DNA from: an uncultured Candidatus Binatia bacterium
GTDB lineage: Bacteria > Desulfobacterota > Binatia > Bin18
Reading direction: 5' to 3'
DNA: 64,000 nt
NCBI GenBank assembly: GCA_965214605.1
Contig: OZ243961.1
Coordinates: 3,200,001 to 3,264,000, forward strand
The notes under the pieces were generated by a model. That model had not been told where the DNA came from and did no database searches. It saw only the letters and a list, made by a program, of their open reading frames with translations. Shown piece by piece: positions 9,814-19,370 of this stretch. Made by a program: the position numbers and the translations under genes. The number at the start of each line of letters is the position of its first letter. Position 1 is the first letter of the stretch.

Positions 9814-10722
9814 CTACCGTAGCAGCCAGACCATGACCGCTTTCTGCACATGCAGGCGGTTTTCGGCCTGTTCCAGGACGATTGACTGTGGGCCGTCCAA
9901 CACCTCGGCGCTGATCTCTTGGCCGCGATGGGCGGGCAGGCAGTGCATGACCATCGCGTCGGGCTTGGCCAGGGCTAGCACGTCTGTATTGACCTGATAG
10001 GACCCAAACGCCTGCTGTCGGGCGGCGCTCTCTTTTTCCTGGCCCATACTCGTCCACACATCAGTGTAGACCACATCGGCGTCGCCCACGGCGTCTTCCA
10101 GCGCGTGGCTGATCACGATGTCGGCCCCCGCCTGTTGCGCGGCCGCCAGTAGCTCAGCGTTCGGTTCATAGCCCGCTGGACACGCCAGCCGAAAGGAAAC
10201 GGGCAGTTTGGCGGCCGCATTCAGCCACGAGTTGACGACGTTGTTGCCGTCGCCGACAAAGGCGATGTGCAGGTCGTCGAGCTTGCCGCGCTGTTCGATG
10301 AGGGTGAGACAGTCGGCCAGAATTTGACACGGATGTGAGAGATTTGACAGGCCGTTGATAACCGGAACCGTTGCCTGGTGGGCGAGTTCGAGCACAATCT
10401 CGTGCGAAAACGTGCGGACCATGATCAGATCGACCCAACGCGACAGATTGCGGGCCACGTCGGTCGGGGATTCGCGTGTTCCAAGACCGATGTCTGACGG
10501 GGACAGATACACCGCATAGCCGCCGAGTTGTACCATGCCGGCCTCAAAGGTGACCCGGGTGCGCAGGCTGGGCTTCTCAAAGATCATCGCCAGGGTCTTA
10601 CCGCTCAGCAGCGGATGGGACTGGCCGGCCTGGCGCTCGCGCTTAAGGCGCCGGGCCAGAGAGAAAATCTCCTCAAGCTGCTCCCGTTCAAGGTCGCTGA
10701 TACTGACTAAATCACGTTTCAT
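9814..10722 (-). CDS. argF: Ornithine carbamoyltransferase
   Basis: FEKPSLRTR, HPCQ, DVWTSMG, HCLPAHRG. Confidence 0.97.
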   Translation of the reverse strand: MKRDLVSISDLEREQLEEIFSLARRLKRERQAGQSHPLLSGKTLAMIFEKPSLRTRVTFEAGMVQLGGYAVYLSPSDIGLGTRESPTDVARNLSRWVDLIMVRTFSHEIVLELAHQATVPVINGLSNLSHPCQILADCLTLIEQRGKLDDLHIAFVGDGNNVVNSWLNAAAKLPVSFRLACPAGYEPNAELLAAAQQAGADIVISHALEDAVGDADVVYTDVWTSMGQEKESAARQQAFGSYQVNTDVLALAKPDAMVMHCLPAHRGQEISAEVLDGPQSIVLEQAENRLHVQKAVMVWLLR

Positions 10723-11906
10723 TGCCGAGCGAGGACCTTCTCCAGAATGGCTATTCCCTCGTCGATTTCGGCCTGGCTAATAATGAGCGGGGGAATAAAA
10801 CGCAGCACTGTTCCCGCGGCGCAGTTGATCAGCAGCCCCTCCTCAAGGCAGGCAGTGACAATGTCCGCGCCGTCCCGATCGAGCTCGGCACCCAGGATGA
10901 GCCCCCGTCCTCGCACATCGGTAATAAAAGAATACTTTTCTTGCAGGGCTTGGAGTTGAGCCAGGAAATAGGCTCCCATTTTCTGGCAGTTCTCCAGCAC
11001 GCCGGCGTTGAGTACGGTGTCGAGCACGGCCACGCCAGCGGCGCAGGCGACCGCATTGCCACCAAAGGTTGAGCCGTGCGTGCCCAGATTGAGGTGGGCC
11101 GCGACATCGGCCCGGGCGACCATCGCACCGAGAGGAAGGCCACCTCCTAGGGCTTTGGCCAGGGGCATGATATCTGGCTCAATGTCCTCGTGCTCATAGG
11201 CGAAGAGGGTTCCCGTGCGGCCGATGCCGACCTGTACCTCGTCGGCAATCAGCAGCAGGCCGTGACGGTCACAGATGTCCCGCAGTCCCTTCAGATACCC
11301 CGGCCGTGGGACAACGACCCCTCCCTCACCCAGAATCGGTTCGACCAAAATCGCAACAGACTTCTCCGAGACCGCGGCCTCCATCGCTTCTAGGTCGTCG
11401 TAGGCAACGTAGCGAAAGCCATCGAGCACCGGACCAAAGCCCTGGCGGACTTTTTCCTGGCCGGTAGCGGAAATTGTGGCCATTGTCCGACCGTGGAAGG
11501 AACCGAGGACGGTCAGGATCTCGTAACGTCCATCGCGTTTGTCAACGCCGTATCGGCGGGCTAGCTTAATCGCCGCCTCGTTGGCCTCAGCGCCGCTGTT
11601 GCAGAAAAAAACCTTATCGCCGAACGAATGCGTACACAGCAGTTCGGCCAGACGGGCCTGCGGTACGGTGTGGTGCAGATTGGAGATATGGGTTAGGGTG
11701 GCGACCTGATCTTGGACCGCCCGGACCACGGCCGGATGACACTGGCCTAGGTTCATGACGGCGAGGCTGGCAAACAGGTCTAGATACTCCTTGCCCGCTG
11801 CGTCCCACAGCCGACAGCCCTCACCCCGGACAAAGGCGACCGGAAAGCGGGCGTAGGTTTGGCATAAATATTGGGCGTTGAGATCAATGATTTCTTGGTT
11901 CGTCAT
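10719..11906 (-). CDS. argD: Acetylornithine aminotransferase
   Basis: NSGAEANEAAIKLAR, SFHGRT, DEVQVGIGRTG, HGSTFGGN; ATG 11906 with GGAGGA RBS. Confidence 0.95.
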   Translation of the reverse strand: MTNQEIIDLNAQYLCQTYARFPVAFVRGEGCRLWDAAGKEYLDLFASLAVMNLGQCHPAVVRAVQDQVATLTHISNLHHTVPQARLAELLCTHSFGDKVFFCNSGAEANEAAIKLARRYGVDKRDGRYEILTVLGSFHGRTMATISATGQEKVRQGFGPVLDGFRYVAYDDLEAMEAAVSEKSVAILVEPILGEGGVVVPRPGYLKGLRDICDRHGLLLIADEVQVGIGRTGTLFAYEHEDIEPDIMPLAKALGGGLPLGAMVARADVAAHLNLGTHGSTFGGNAVACAAGVAVLDTVLNAGVLENCQKMGAYFLAQLQALQEKYSFITDVRGRGLILGAELDRDGADIVTACLEEGLLINCAAGTVLRFIPPLIISQAEIDEGIAILEKVLARQ

Positions 11907-11949
11907 ACGTTCCTCCGGCAAAGTGGGGGTTGATGACTCCCGGATGAGA

Positions 11950-12834
11950 TCATTCCCCACTTTGGACGACCTCGGTGCCAACCCCCTCCTTGGTAAACAG
12001 CTCTAGCAGAATGGCGTGGCGGACGCGGCCGTCAATAATATGGGTCTTGCGAACCCCGCCGTGCAGCGCCTCAAGACAACACTCGACTTTGGGAACCATA
12101 CCCGCACTAATGGTGTCCTGGTCAATCAAGGCCTTGGCCCGGTCGCTGCCAAGGGTGGAGATCAGAGTGCCGTTGTGGTCTGTAATCCCCTCGACATCGG
12201 TCAGCAGGATGAGCTTTTCGGCCTGCAGAACCTGGGCGACTTTGCTGGCGACAAGGTCGGCGTTGATGTTATACGTGGTGCCGTCCCGGCCAATGCCGAT
12301 CGGGGCAATAACAGGAATAAAATCGGCTCCGGTCAAAGCGTGCACAAGGTCGGGGTTGACGCCGACGACTTCTCCGACCTGGCCGATATCCCGGCGCTGG
12401 GGCGGCTGTCCGTCTCCAGCTATTGTTATCAGCATCTTGCGAGCCACAATCATCTCCCCGTCTTTGCCGCTCAGGCCGACCGCTCTCCCGCCCTGGCGGT
12501 TGATCAGGGTTGCAATTTCTTTGTTGAGCTTGCCCAGCACCATCTCCACCACTTCCACGGTGGCGGCGTCGGTGACGCGCATCCCGCGCACGAATGTTGA
12601 GCTAATGTCCAGCCTGCCCAGCATGTGCTCAATCTGGGGACCTCCGCCGTGGACTACCACAGGATTCATGCCGACAAATTTGAGGAGCACAATATCTTGG
12701 GCAAAGTGTTGCTTGAGGTCTTCGTCTCGCATGGCGTGGCCGCCATACTTAATGACTAGGGTCTTCCCGAAGAAGTGCTGCATATACGGCAGCGCCTCAA
12801 GCAGCGTGTCGGCTTTTTGAATGAGGGCGTCCAT
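11950..12834 (-). CDS. argB: Acetylglutamate kinase
   Basis: [30 protein letters not shown]. Confidence 0.97.
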   Translation of the reverse strand: MDALIQKADTLLEALPYMQHFFGKTLVIKYGGHAMRDEDLKQHFAQDIVLLKFVGMNPVVVHGGGPQIEHMLGRLDISSTFVRGMRVTDAATVEVVEMVLGKLNKEIATLINRQGGRAVGLSGKDGEMIVARKMLITIAGDGQPPQRRDIGQVGEVVGVNPDLVHALTGADFIPVIAPIGIGRDGTTYNINADLVASKVAQVLQAEKLILLTDVEGITDHNGTLISTLGSDRAKALIDQDTISAGMVPKVECCLEALHGGVRKTHIIDGRVRHAILLELFTKEGVGTEVVQSGE

Positions 12835-12994
12835 CGTGCATCAGAATCCTACGGAGACATATGCCCTGTCCCCTCAGATGGGTCAATAGCAAGGGCATTT
12901 TCTCGGCGCTCGGTCTTGGTTTCCGAGCAGGCTTGGGCTAAGCTTGGTGGCAAGTCGAGGAGTCGTCGATCAATACGAAACCGGGAAGCGAGCT

Positions 12995-13846
12995 ATGACG
13001 ACAGTGCAGATCATCCCCCTCAGCGATGCCTTGGGGGCCGAAGTCAGCGGGCTTGACTGGAAGCGGCCGATAGACAGTGGCACGACAGCCGCCATCAAGG
13101 CCGCGTTTCTTGACTTCCATCTCCTGTGCTTACGCGCCGAACCCCTGACACCGCTTGAATTTGTCCGGGTCGCTCGCTACTTTGGCGAGCCTCAGCTCCA
13201 GCTGATACGCGAGTGTCGAGATCGGTGCATCCCCGAGGTATCGATCCTTGACAGCTCGTATAAAACTCCCCAAGCCAAGCCGAGCGATCTGTCCCTGTTA
13301 CGCTTGACGGGCTGGCATACCGATGACTCGTATTTCGCCATCCCGGCCAAGGCGACCATGCTCCAAGCCCTGGCTACCCCCAAAACCGGCGGCGAGACCC
13401 GTTTCTGTAATCTCCAGGCCGCCTATGCAGACCTCTCTGAGGAGCTAAAAGCGCGGGTTGACGGCCTACGGGCCGTGCATAGCTATGATACCCTGCGGAC
13501 CCCTGCCCGGGCCCAGAGCCGCTCATCTGTTGAGAAGGCGGAGACCCCAGATGTGGTGCACCCCTTGATTCGGACCCACGATGATACGGGTAAAAAAGCG
13601 ATTTATCTCAACGCAAACCGGACCGACCGGATCGTCGATATGGAGCGGGAGAAAAGCGACGCACTTCTCGACGAACTCCACGGCCATATGACCCAGTTCC
13701 AGTACCGTTACGATCACGCCTGGCGGGTTGGCGATATTCTGTTGTGGGATAACCGATGTCTGGTCCATTCGGTGAATATGGATTTTCCGGTTGACCAGAG
13801 TCGCCGCCATCAGCGGATCTTGCTCAAAGGCTCGGTCCCCGTGTGA
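12995..13846 (+). CDS. TauD/TfdA family Fe(II)/2-oxoglutarate dioxygenase
   Basis: LGAEVSG, WHTD (HxD), GGETRF, VHPLIRTH, WDNRCLVH. Confidence 0.92.
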   Translation: MTTVQIIPLSDALGAEVSGLDWKRPIDSGTTAAIKAAFLDFHLLCLRAEPLTPLEFVRVARYFGEPQLQLIRECRDRCIPEVSILDSSYKTPQAKPSDLSLLRLTGWHTDDSYFAIPAKATMLQALATPKTGGETRFCNLQAAYADLSEELKARVDGLRAVHSYDTLRTPARAQSRSSVEKAETPDVVHPLIRTHDDTGKKAIYLNANRTDRIVDMEREKSDALLDELHGHMTQFQYRYDHAWRVGDILLWDNRCLVHSVNMDFPVDQSRRHQRILLKGSVPV

Positions 13847-13855
13847 GGAAAACGC

Positions 13856-14203
13856 ATGAGACATTCACTGCTGACAGCTGCCGTGTTTGCTGTCGTTGTT
13901 ACGGTCGGCGTGTCCTGTACCCAGGAGACCCAGAACAAGTTTGGGCGGGCGGTCCAGAATTGGACCGGGACCGACGGGGTGCTGGAAATTTATGCGGGTG
14001 AAAAGCTGGTCAAGCGCTTTCTTGAAATCGACAAGCTCTCGACCGCATCCGGAACGAACGACGGCGTCCCCCGGCCGTACCGGTTCGGCTACGGCGTGCT
14101 CGACGCCAACCTGAACGGTCTGTCTGACGACGGTGAGACTAAGGTCTACTTTGAGTTCAGCGATTATTCGACTTCGTACGTGTTCTACGAGAATCCGTCA
14201 TAG
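13856..14203 (+). CDS. Hypothetical lipoprotein
   Basis: Signal peptide ending GVSC; GAGG RBS; starts 10 bp after the TauD gene. Confidence 0.7.
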   Translation: MRHSLLTAAVFAVVVTVGVSCTQETQNKFGRAVQNWTGTDGVLEIYAGEKLVKRFLEIDKLSTASGTNDGVPRPYRFGYGVLDANLNGLSDDGETKVYFEFSDYSTSYVFYENPS

Positions 14204-14704
14204 CCAGAGGGCGGCGTCGCGGAAGACCCCAGCCGCGGAGACGAGAGACCACACGAGGCGTTCCGTGAGTGCCAGGGCCCGAACACCAGGCTTTCAAGGT
14301 CCTGGAAGGAGCGAAAAACCCAGAGCCTGGAGAGGGCAAATGAAAGCAGTCGGGAGCATGTCTAGCCCCGCCCGCGTCTGATTGTCCGACCGGCGGCGAG
14401 TTCTGTGCTGGCTACGCCGTTCTCCCGGCTGGTGAGAGGAGTGCTCTCCCTGACGAGGGCGTTGCTCGGCATGCCAAATACGTTTACCTAGCGTCTGCGC
14501 AACTGGGCCGCTCCACACATTCGCGTCCCAACGATCAGCGCCCTTTTGGCGGCCTGAGACAGTCGCGTGCCAGACTTAGTCAGCGGCGCCTCTTAGATCT
14601 GGGAAGGCCATAGCGCTCTGAAGATCGGTCGGACTCCGCTCCCGAACACTGGCGTCCACCCCATACCCCGGGGTGGGGAGCGAGTGGTCAGCAAGCCGAT
14701 AAGA

Positions 14705-14834
14705 GCGGCTGACGAGAAGCCTTGAGGAGAGCGACTCTGGGGGGGCCGACCCTGCGCTCCCCGCAGGAGGGCACGGGTGCTGAGAGCAAGTCTGAGCGGC
14801 GAAATGAACAGGGCGAGGCTTGTTGTTCAGCAGC
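14705..14834. repeat. Possible degenerate ~130 bp inverted-repeat (MITE/REP-like) element
   Basis: Imperfect terminal IRs GCGGCTGACGAGAAGCC ... GGCTTGTTGTTCAGCAGC in non-coding DNA. Confidence 0.3.
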
Positions 14835-14926
14835 AACAGCCCACTCCGCCTGTCTTCTTCGCTCGCCGCCCACTTTGGAGAGAGAAGCTTGAGGCGGGAG
14901 GGAGCAACTTCACGAGATGATCCGGT

Positions 14927-15499
14927 ATGTTGGGAGTACGTCCGTTTGTTTTCGGTGTGTTGTTTGTGTTGGGCTGCGTCGGGTCGGCCTCAAACGCTCG
15001 GGCCGATTTCATCTATGAGTATCACCTCTCCACCGAAATCGCTTTTGATTTCAGCAAAAGCAACTCCGTTGAGTTGGGAACCCTGTCGGTCACAAATCCG
15101 GACGAGACACACAAAAAATTTCGCTTTATTCCTCATGCTCCCTACGGCTATCTCTACAATCGGAAAAACAAGACTTGTTACAGCTTCGGGTTGATCTATG
15201 ACACCACTGAGCCCAGAGTTCTTGATTCGGTTTTCTGGGCTCTTTTGGATTCGGCCACGTATTATTACGCTGTCCCGGCGATGTCTTCTCTTGAATTTAC
15301 CGTGTTCATGAACGTCAACGCCCATCCCCAACCTGAGCAGATCGTTCACTACATTACGGAAAATCACGATCATCTGGAATATCACCTCTTTGACCCTCGC
15401 CACAGACCTCGAGTTCCACTGGGAGAGAGGCGCCTCAATGCCTGCATAGGCGCCCCTCCTGATTTCACACTGCAAACGATCCGTGTCCTCAGGCCATGA
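14927..15499 (+). CDS. Hypothetical secreted protein
   Basis: Hydrophobic N-terminus with ARA cleavage-like site; looks more AT-rich than its neighbours; no family recognised. Confidence 0.6.
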   Translation: MLGVRPFVFGVLFVLGCVGSASNARADFIYEYHLSTEIAFDFSKSNSVELGTLSVTNPDETHKKFRFIPHAPYGYLYNRKNKTCYSFGLIYDTTEPRVLDSVFWALLDSATYYYAVPAMSSLEFTVFMNVNAHPQPEQIVHYITENHDHLEYHLFDPRHRPRVPLGERRLNACIGAPPDFTLQTIRVLRP

Positions 15500-15658
15500 C
15501 ACCGACGGTGGCCGTCCACACACGAGCTTGCGTACGGCAATACGGGGCATTAGAATCCCCCCATGCCTGAAGCACTCGCTTTTAACACTCACAGGCTCGT
15601 CAGACACCTGCCGGAGAACGGCTTTAGCGGAAACTCGGTCAGTTGATAAGCAACTTCC

Positions 15659-16378
15659 ATGTCAGACTTGAAACACCTGCCGGCGCTTGTTTCCTGGTCC
15701 TCGGGCAAGGACGCGGCCTGGGCGTTGCACACGCTGCGCTCGCAGCCCGATGTCTACGAGGTGCGCGGTATTTTTACCACGGTAACACGTGACCGCGTGG
15801 CGATTCAGGCTTCTCCGCTGCGGCTGCTGCGCTTGCAGGCCGAACGCCTCGCCCTTCCGCTGTACGAAATTCCCATTCCATATCCCTGCCCCAACAATAT
15901 CTACGAACGGGCGGTGGACGGGTTTCTCGACCGGGTCCGCAGATTGCCGCAGACCCTGAGCGCCTCAACGCTGGCCTTCGGCGACTTGTTCCTGGAGGAC
16001 ATCCGCGCCTACCGAGAAGCGCAGCTCGAGGGCACGGGTTTCACGCCGATCTTCCCCATCTGGGGCGAGCCGACGGAGGCGCTAGCCGAGCGGATGATCA
16101 CCGCTGGCCTGCGCGCTATTGTGACGGCCGTGAACACTACTCAACTCGATGGTGTGTTCGTCGGACGCTGGTTCGACCACGAGTTCCTCGCCGATCTGCC
16201 GTCTGGAGTTGATCCGTTGGGCGAAAACGGCGAGTTCCACACCTGTGTGGTTGACGGACCGATGTTCAGCACGCCAATTAAGGCGCGCCCAGGACGGCGA
16301 ATCAGGCGCGGCTTTGCGCTACCCGACGGAGCAACCGCGGGGGAGTACGTTTACACGGATGTGGAGCTCACGACCTAG
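15659..16378 (+). CDS. Diphthine-ammonia ligase (Dph6/DUF71)-like PP-loop ATPase
   Basis: SWSSGKDA, FGDLFLEDIRAYRE, DPLGENGEFHTCVVDGPMF. Confidence 0.9.
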   Translation: MSDLKHLPALVSWSSGKDAAWALHTLRSQPDVYEVRGIFTTVTRDRVAIQASPLRLLRLQAERLALPLYEIPIPYPCPNNIYERAVDGFLDRVRRLPQTLSASTLAFGDLFLEDIRAYREAQLEGTGFTPIFPIWGEPTEALAERMITAGLRAIVTAVNTTQLDGVFVGRWFDHEFLADLPSGVDPLGENGEFHTCVVDGPMFSTPIKARPGRRIRRGFALPDGATAGEYVYTDVELTT

Positions 16379-17091
16379 CGTGGGGCGGAGGTGAGTGGAA
16401 GGGGAGAGGCGGAGGCGCGTCGGTGCGAACGAGATCCGCACCCTGTTGCAATGTCGATGTCATGCTATTGCTCATAGCTTACCAAAGACGCAAAGTAGCC
16501 TAGCAGCCAGAGCGACGACAGGGCCCGCTCATTGGGATGATCAGTCTACGCGCTGTCCACTGCATACGCCTCGTTGACTGCAGTAGGGGCACAGCACCTG
16601 TGGCGTTGGCGCGCTCCTAAACGCGTGTGGTCAATAGCAATGATCGGGGCATTTCAGGTTGGACCCGATATCCCGTGTCACATCAACGCGCGTTTCCACA
16701 CGTTGGTGGCTCTTGACACGCAAGACGGCTTATCTTCGGGGGTGTCGCATATCAACAAGCCCGACAGGTGCGGGGCATCGTCAGGAAGATAGCAGGGGGG
16801 ACACGATGACGGTCTGACTTCCCGCCTTTCCCACCTCCATGGGCGGCCTTGCCCGTCAGCTGGGCAAACGAAAACGCCCCGGTGACATAAGGGCCCCATG
16901 CTGGTGCTCTCCAATCCGGCTAGCCAAAAGGCGATCTAAAGATAGACACAGTCTCTCCCGGCTTGGAAGACGATCGGTAGGGAGAAACCGCTGTTGAGCT
17001 GCAGCTTTTCCTCTTCCGCAGAAGAATCTGTCCAAGCGGATTGGCAGGCGATATCGGGTTTGCTAGTATCCAGCCGAAAGGGGGAGCTGTG

Positions 17092-17865
17092 ATGGCAGAA
17101 TCGTCTAGTCTGTCTCGGCCGGCTGAGGCAAAAGATCGGATCATCATGGCGCTCGACGTGGCGACACGGAAGAAAGCGCTTCACATCGTTGAAGAATTGG
17201 ACGGGCATGTTTCCTTCTTTAAGGTGGGCTATCAGCTCTTTGTGGCGGAAGGCATGTCCTTTGTTCACGAGCTCAACGAGTGGAACAAACAGGTCCTTCT
17301 TGACCTCAAAATGGACGATGTTGGCGAAACCATCATGCTGGCCGTCCACGAAATCGCCAAGCATAATATCTCTCTTTTGACGGTGCACGGGAACGGCACA
17401 ACCGTACAAGCAGCGCTGAAAGGGCGTGGCTCCTCTCCTTGTCCGAAGATTCTTTCTCTCACCCTTCTGACAAGTCTCAACACAACAGATCTACAAGACT
17501 TGGGCCTTCTTGGAAAACAGGCCAAATGCAAAACGCTGAGTGAGTACGTAGACTGGCGAGCCAAGCAAGCCATAGCGGCTGGGTGTGATGGGTTCATTAG
17601 CGCTGGTGAGAATGTCGCCCGGCTTCGGGCGCAGTACCCCGATACCCTTATCGTCACCCCAGGAGTGCGACTGCAAGGGAGTAAGCGCGATGACCACAAG
17701 CGGTCAACAACACCATACCAAGCTATTGCCGCCGGGGCAAACTATCTTGTCATAGGCCGTCCCATCCGTGATGCGAGCCCAGGAAAAAGAGCAGAAGTGG
17801 CGCAGCGCATCACAGAAGAAATCCAACAGGGTCTTGAGGAGAGAAGCGAAAAGTCTACCGCTTAG
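17092..17865 (+). CDS. pyrF: Orotidine 5'-phosphate decarboxylase
   Basis: IMALD, FFKVG, DLKMDD (DxKxxD), LTVHG, VTPGVR, LVIGRPI. Confidence 0.85.
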   Translation: MAESSSLSRPAEAKDRIIMALDVATRKKALHIVEELDGHVSFFKVGYQLFVAEGMSFVHELNEWNKQVLLDLKMDDVGETIMLAVHEIAKHNISLLTVHGNGTTVQAALKGRGSSPCPKILSLTLLTSLNTTDLQDLGLLGKQAKCKTLSEYVDWRAKQAIAAGCDGFISAGENVARLRAQYPDTLIVTPGVRLQGSKRDDHKRSTTPYQAIAAGANYLVIGRPIRDASPGKRAEVAQRITEEIQQGLEERSEKSTA

Positions 17866-17884
17866 TTTTGAGTGGAGGGACTCG

Positions 17885-18137
17885 GGCTTCTTCTTGACCT
17901 CCTTCCCGCACGTCTCCTGATCCGGACTGAACATCGCCCGTCCCTCACCATACCGGGCCCTGCTATTGTGCCTCGGGAGTGCGTCGGTGGACTACAACGA
18001 CCGGACGGGACGACGCCTTGACGGAGCCGAGCAGGCCAACTGACGGCCCATCGGGCGTGGACTCCCGGCTCAGCGAGCCCCCGCACGCCGGGGGGACCTC
18101 TGTCCGGCCCAAACCGTCTCATCACACTCGGCTTGAG
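17885..18137 (-). repeat. Dispersed structured non-coding element, copy 1 (longest); IS110 left-end-like remnant
   Basis: Reverse complement reads TCAAGCCGAGTGTGATGAGACGGTTTGGGCCGGACAGAG...CGCTGAGCCGGGAGTCCACGCCCGATGGGCCGTCAGTTGGCCTGCTCGGCTCCGTCAAG, closely matching 42731-42890; ends in RBS-like GGAAGGAGG with no ORF behind it. IS110 identity is inferred. Confidence 0.8.
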
Positions 18138-18615
18138 CCTGGGCGTATTAAGGAACATATAGTGGCAACAAGGCGGGACGGGGGTTGTGTTGTTCAGCCC
18201 AAGTTTGCCGTTAGTAGGCCACTCTAGCATCTTCATTCGAATCGTTGGATTAGCATCTGTTCGGTCGCAAGAACTCCGCCGTGCTTCCCCAGCGGTGTCC
18301 ATAAACCCGCCTCGTATACAAGAGCCGTCGACGCTGCGGATAGTCGAACTGTGTCTCCGGCTGCAGGAAGATTGCCCTGTGTGTTGAAGAGTCCTCTTTC
18401 GTCAGAAGCCGCCTCTTGCCGCCCCACGGAGTCATGCCCCTCAATAGCTGCCTTGACTCTCAGAGAGCGGCTAGAGGCGTGGGAGGATGAACTCTATGAC
18501 AGGGAGAAAAAAATACCTGCAGAGTTGGGGCGCAGGGTGTCCGTGGTACTCCACAGACGTTTTTCTCTAGTCTCTTGAGGTGCTCAAGCTACGTGGGTTT
18601 CTCCAGCGGCGGACT

Positions 18616-19203
18616 TTACACCGAGGTGCTGGGTCGGGCTTTCATCGCCTCGTACCAGCGCGGCAAATTGGTCCAGGCCGGGTCAAGCCTGAACCCGCCT
18701 GTGTAGCGGCTGCTATGGGCGGTCTCAAGACCGATAAATAGCATGATATCGGCAATCGAGAATGCTCCGGCCAGCCACTCTTTGCCCGCTAAGCCGTCGT
18801 TGATAAGCGGCAAACGAGACATCAACACACCTTTGGCGTGATCTGAGACCTCACCTTTGGACAGCACCATACGCGAGGCGGTGAGATACACCCCAATTTC
18901 ACACCGACGCTCCCAGGCCCGAACCTGAGCGCGGCTGACCGCATCGGTGCCAATGAGGGGTGGGTCGGGATAGAGTTCCTCGAGGTATTCCATGATCGGG
19001 AGGGTCTCTGCCAACACGGTTCCGTCGTCGAGTTCCAGGATGGGCACTCCGGCAAACGGATTCTTGGCCAGGAACTCGGGGGCTTTTTGCTCGCCCGCAT
19101 ACAAATCCAACTCTTTGATCGGAAGGTCGAGTTTCTTTTCGGCCAGATAGATGCGGACTTTTCGTGGGTTGGGGGCACGCTTTGTATCAAGATAGAGTAG
19201 CAT
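18616..19203 (-). CDS. Glutathione S-transferase family protein
   Basis: APNPRKVRIYLAEK, NPFAGVPILELDDG, FSIADI; paralog of 1878-2510. Confidence 0.9.
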   Translation of the reverse strand: MLLYLDTKRAPNPRKVRIYLAEKKLDLPIKELDLYAGEQKAPEFLAKNPFAGVPILELDDGTVLAETLPIMEYLEELYPDPPLIGTDAVSRAQVRAWERRCEIGVYLTASRMVLSKGEVSDHAKGVLMSRLPLINDGLAGKEWLAGAFSIADIMLFIGLETAHSSRYTGGFRLDPAWTNLPRWYEAMKARPSTSV

Positions 19204-19370
19204 GGGCCAGTCCTCTCTGTGGAGTATTTTGGGGCTGAATAGTGTAATTTTCGTCACTCCCATTGTGTATTGCAATAGTTGACACAAGCTGGGCAATCAA
19301 TAGAATGCCGGGGCGCAGAGTGGGAGGGGGATTCTCGCTGTGCTCCGAAGCGGACGGAGGTTTTAGCCCT

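Noticed and set aside
11975-12820. Long antisense ORFs over real genes (also 336-950, 19779-20522, 34916-35722, 50249-50965, 55787-56476)
   Set aside because: Shadow frames expected in GC-rich DNA opposite well-supported genes; no motifs.
14204-14700. About 500 bp non-coding stretch with small hairpins (e.g. CCCCATACCCCGGGGTGGGG)
   Set aside because: No recognisable tRNA, riboswitch or ncRNA signature; short GC hairpins arise by chance.
16379-17091. Short ORFs in the gap before pyrF
   Set aside because: No RBS or family motif; possibly decayed DNA but nothing I can support.
17862-18302. ORF sharing the peptide RGLAEPGVHARWAVSWPARL with ORF 42746-42934
   Set aside because: The shared text is a translation of the DNA repeat; frames and flanks are not conserved across the three copies, so it is treated as non-coding.
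18140-18600. Possible gene remnants between repeat copy 1 and the GST
   Set aside because: Only 60-75 aa frames with no identifiable homology.
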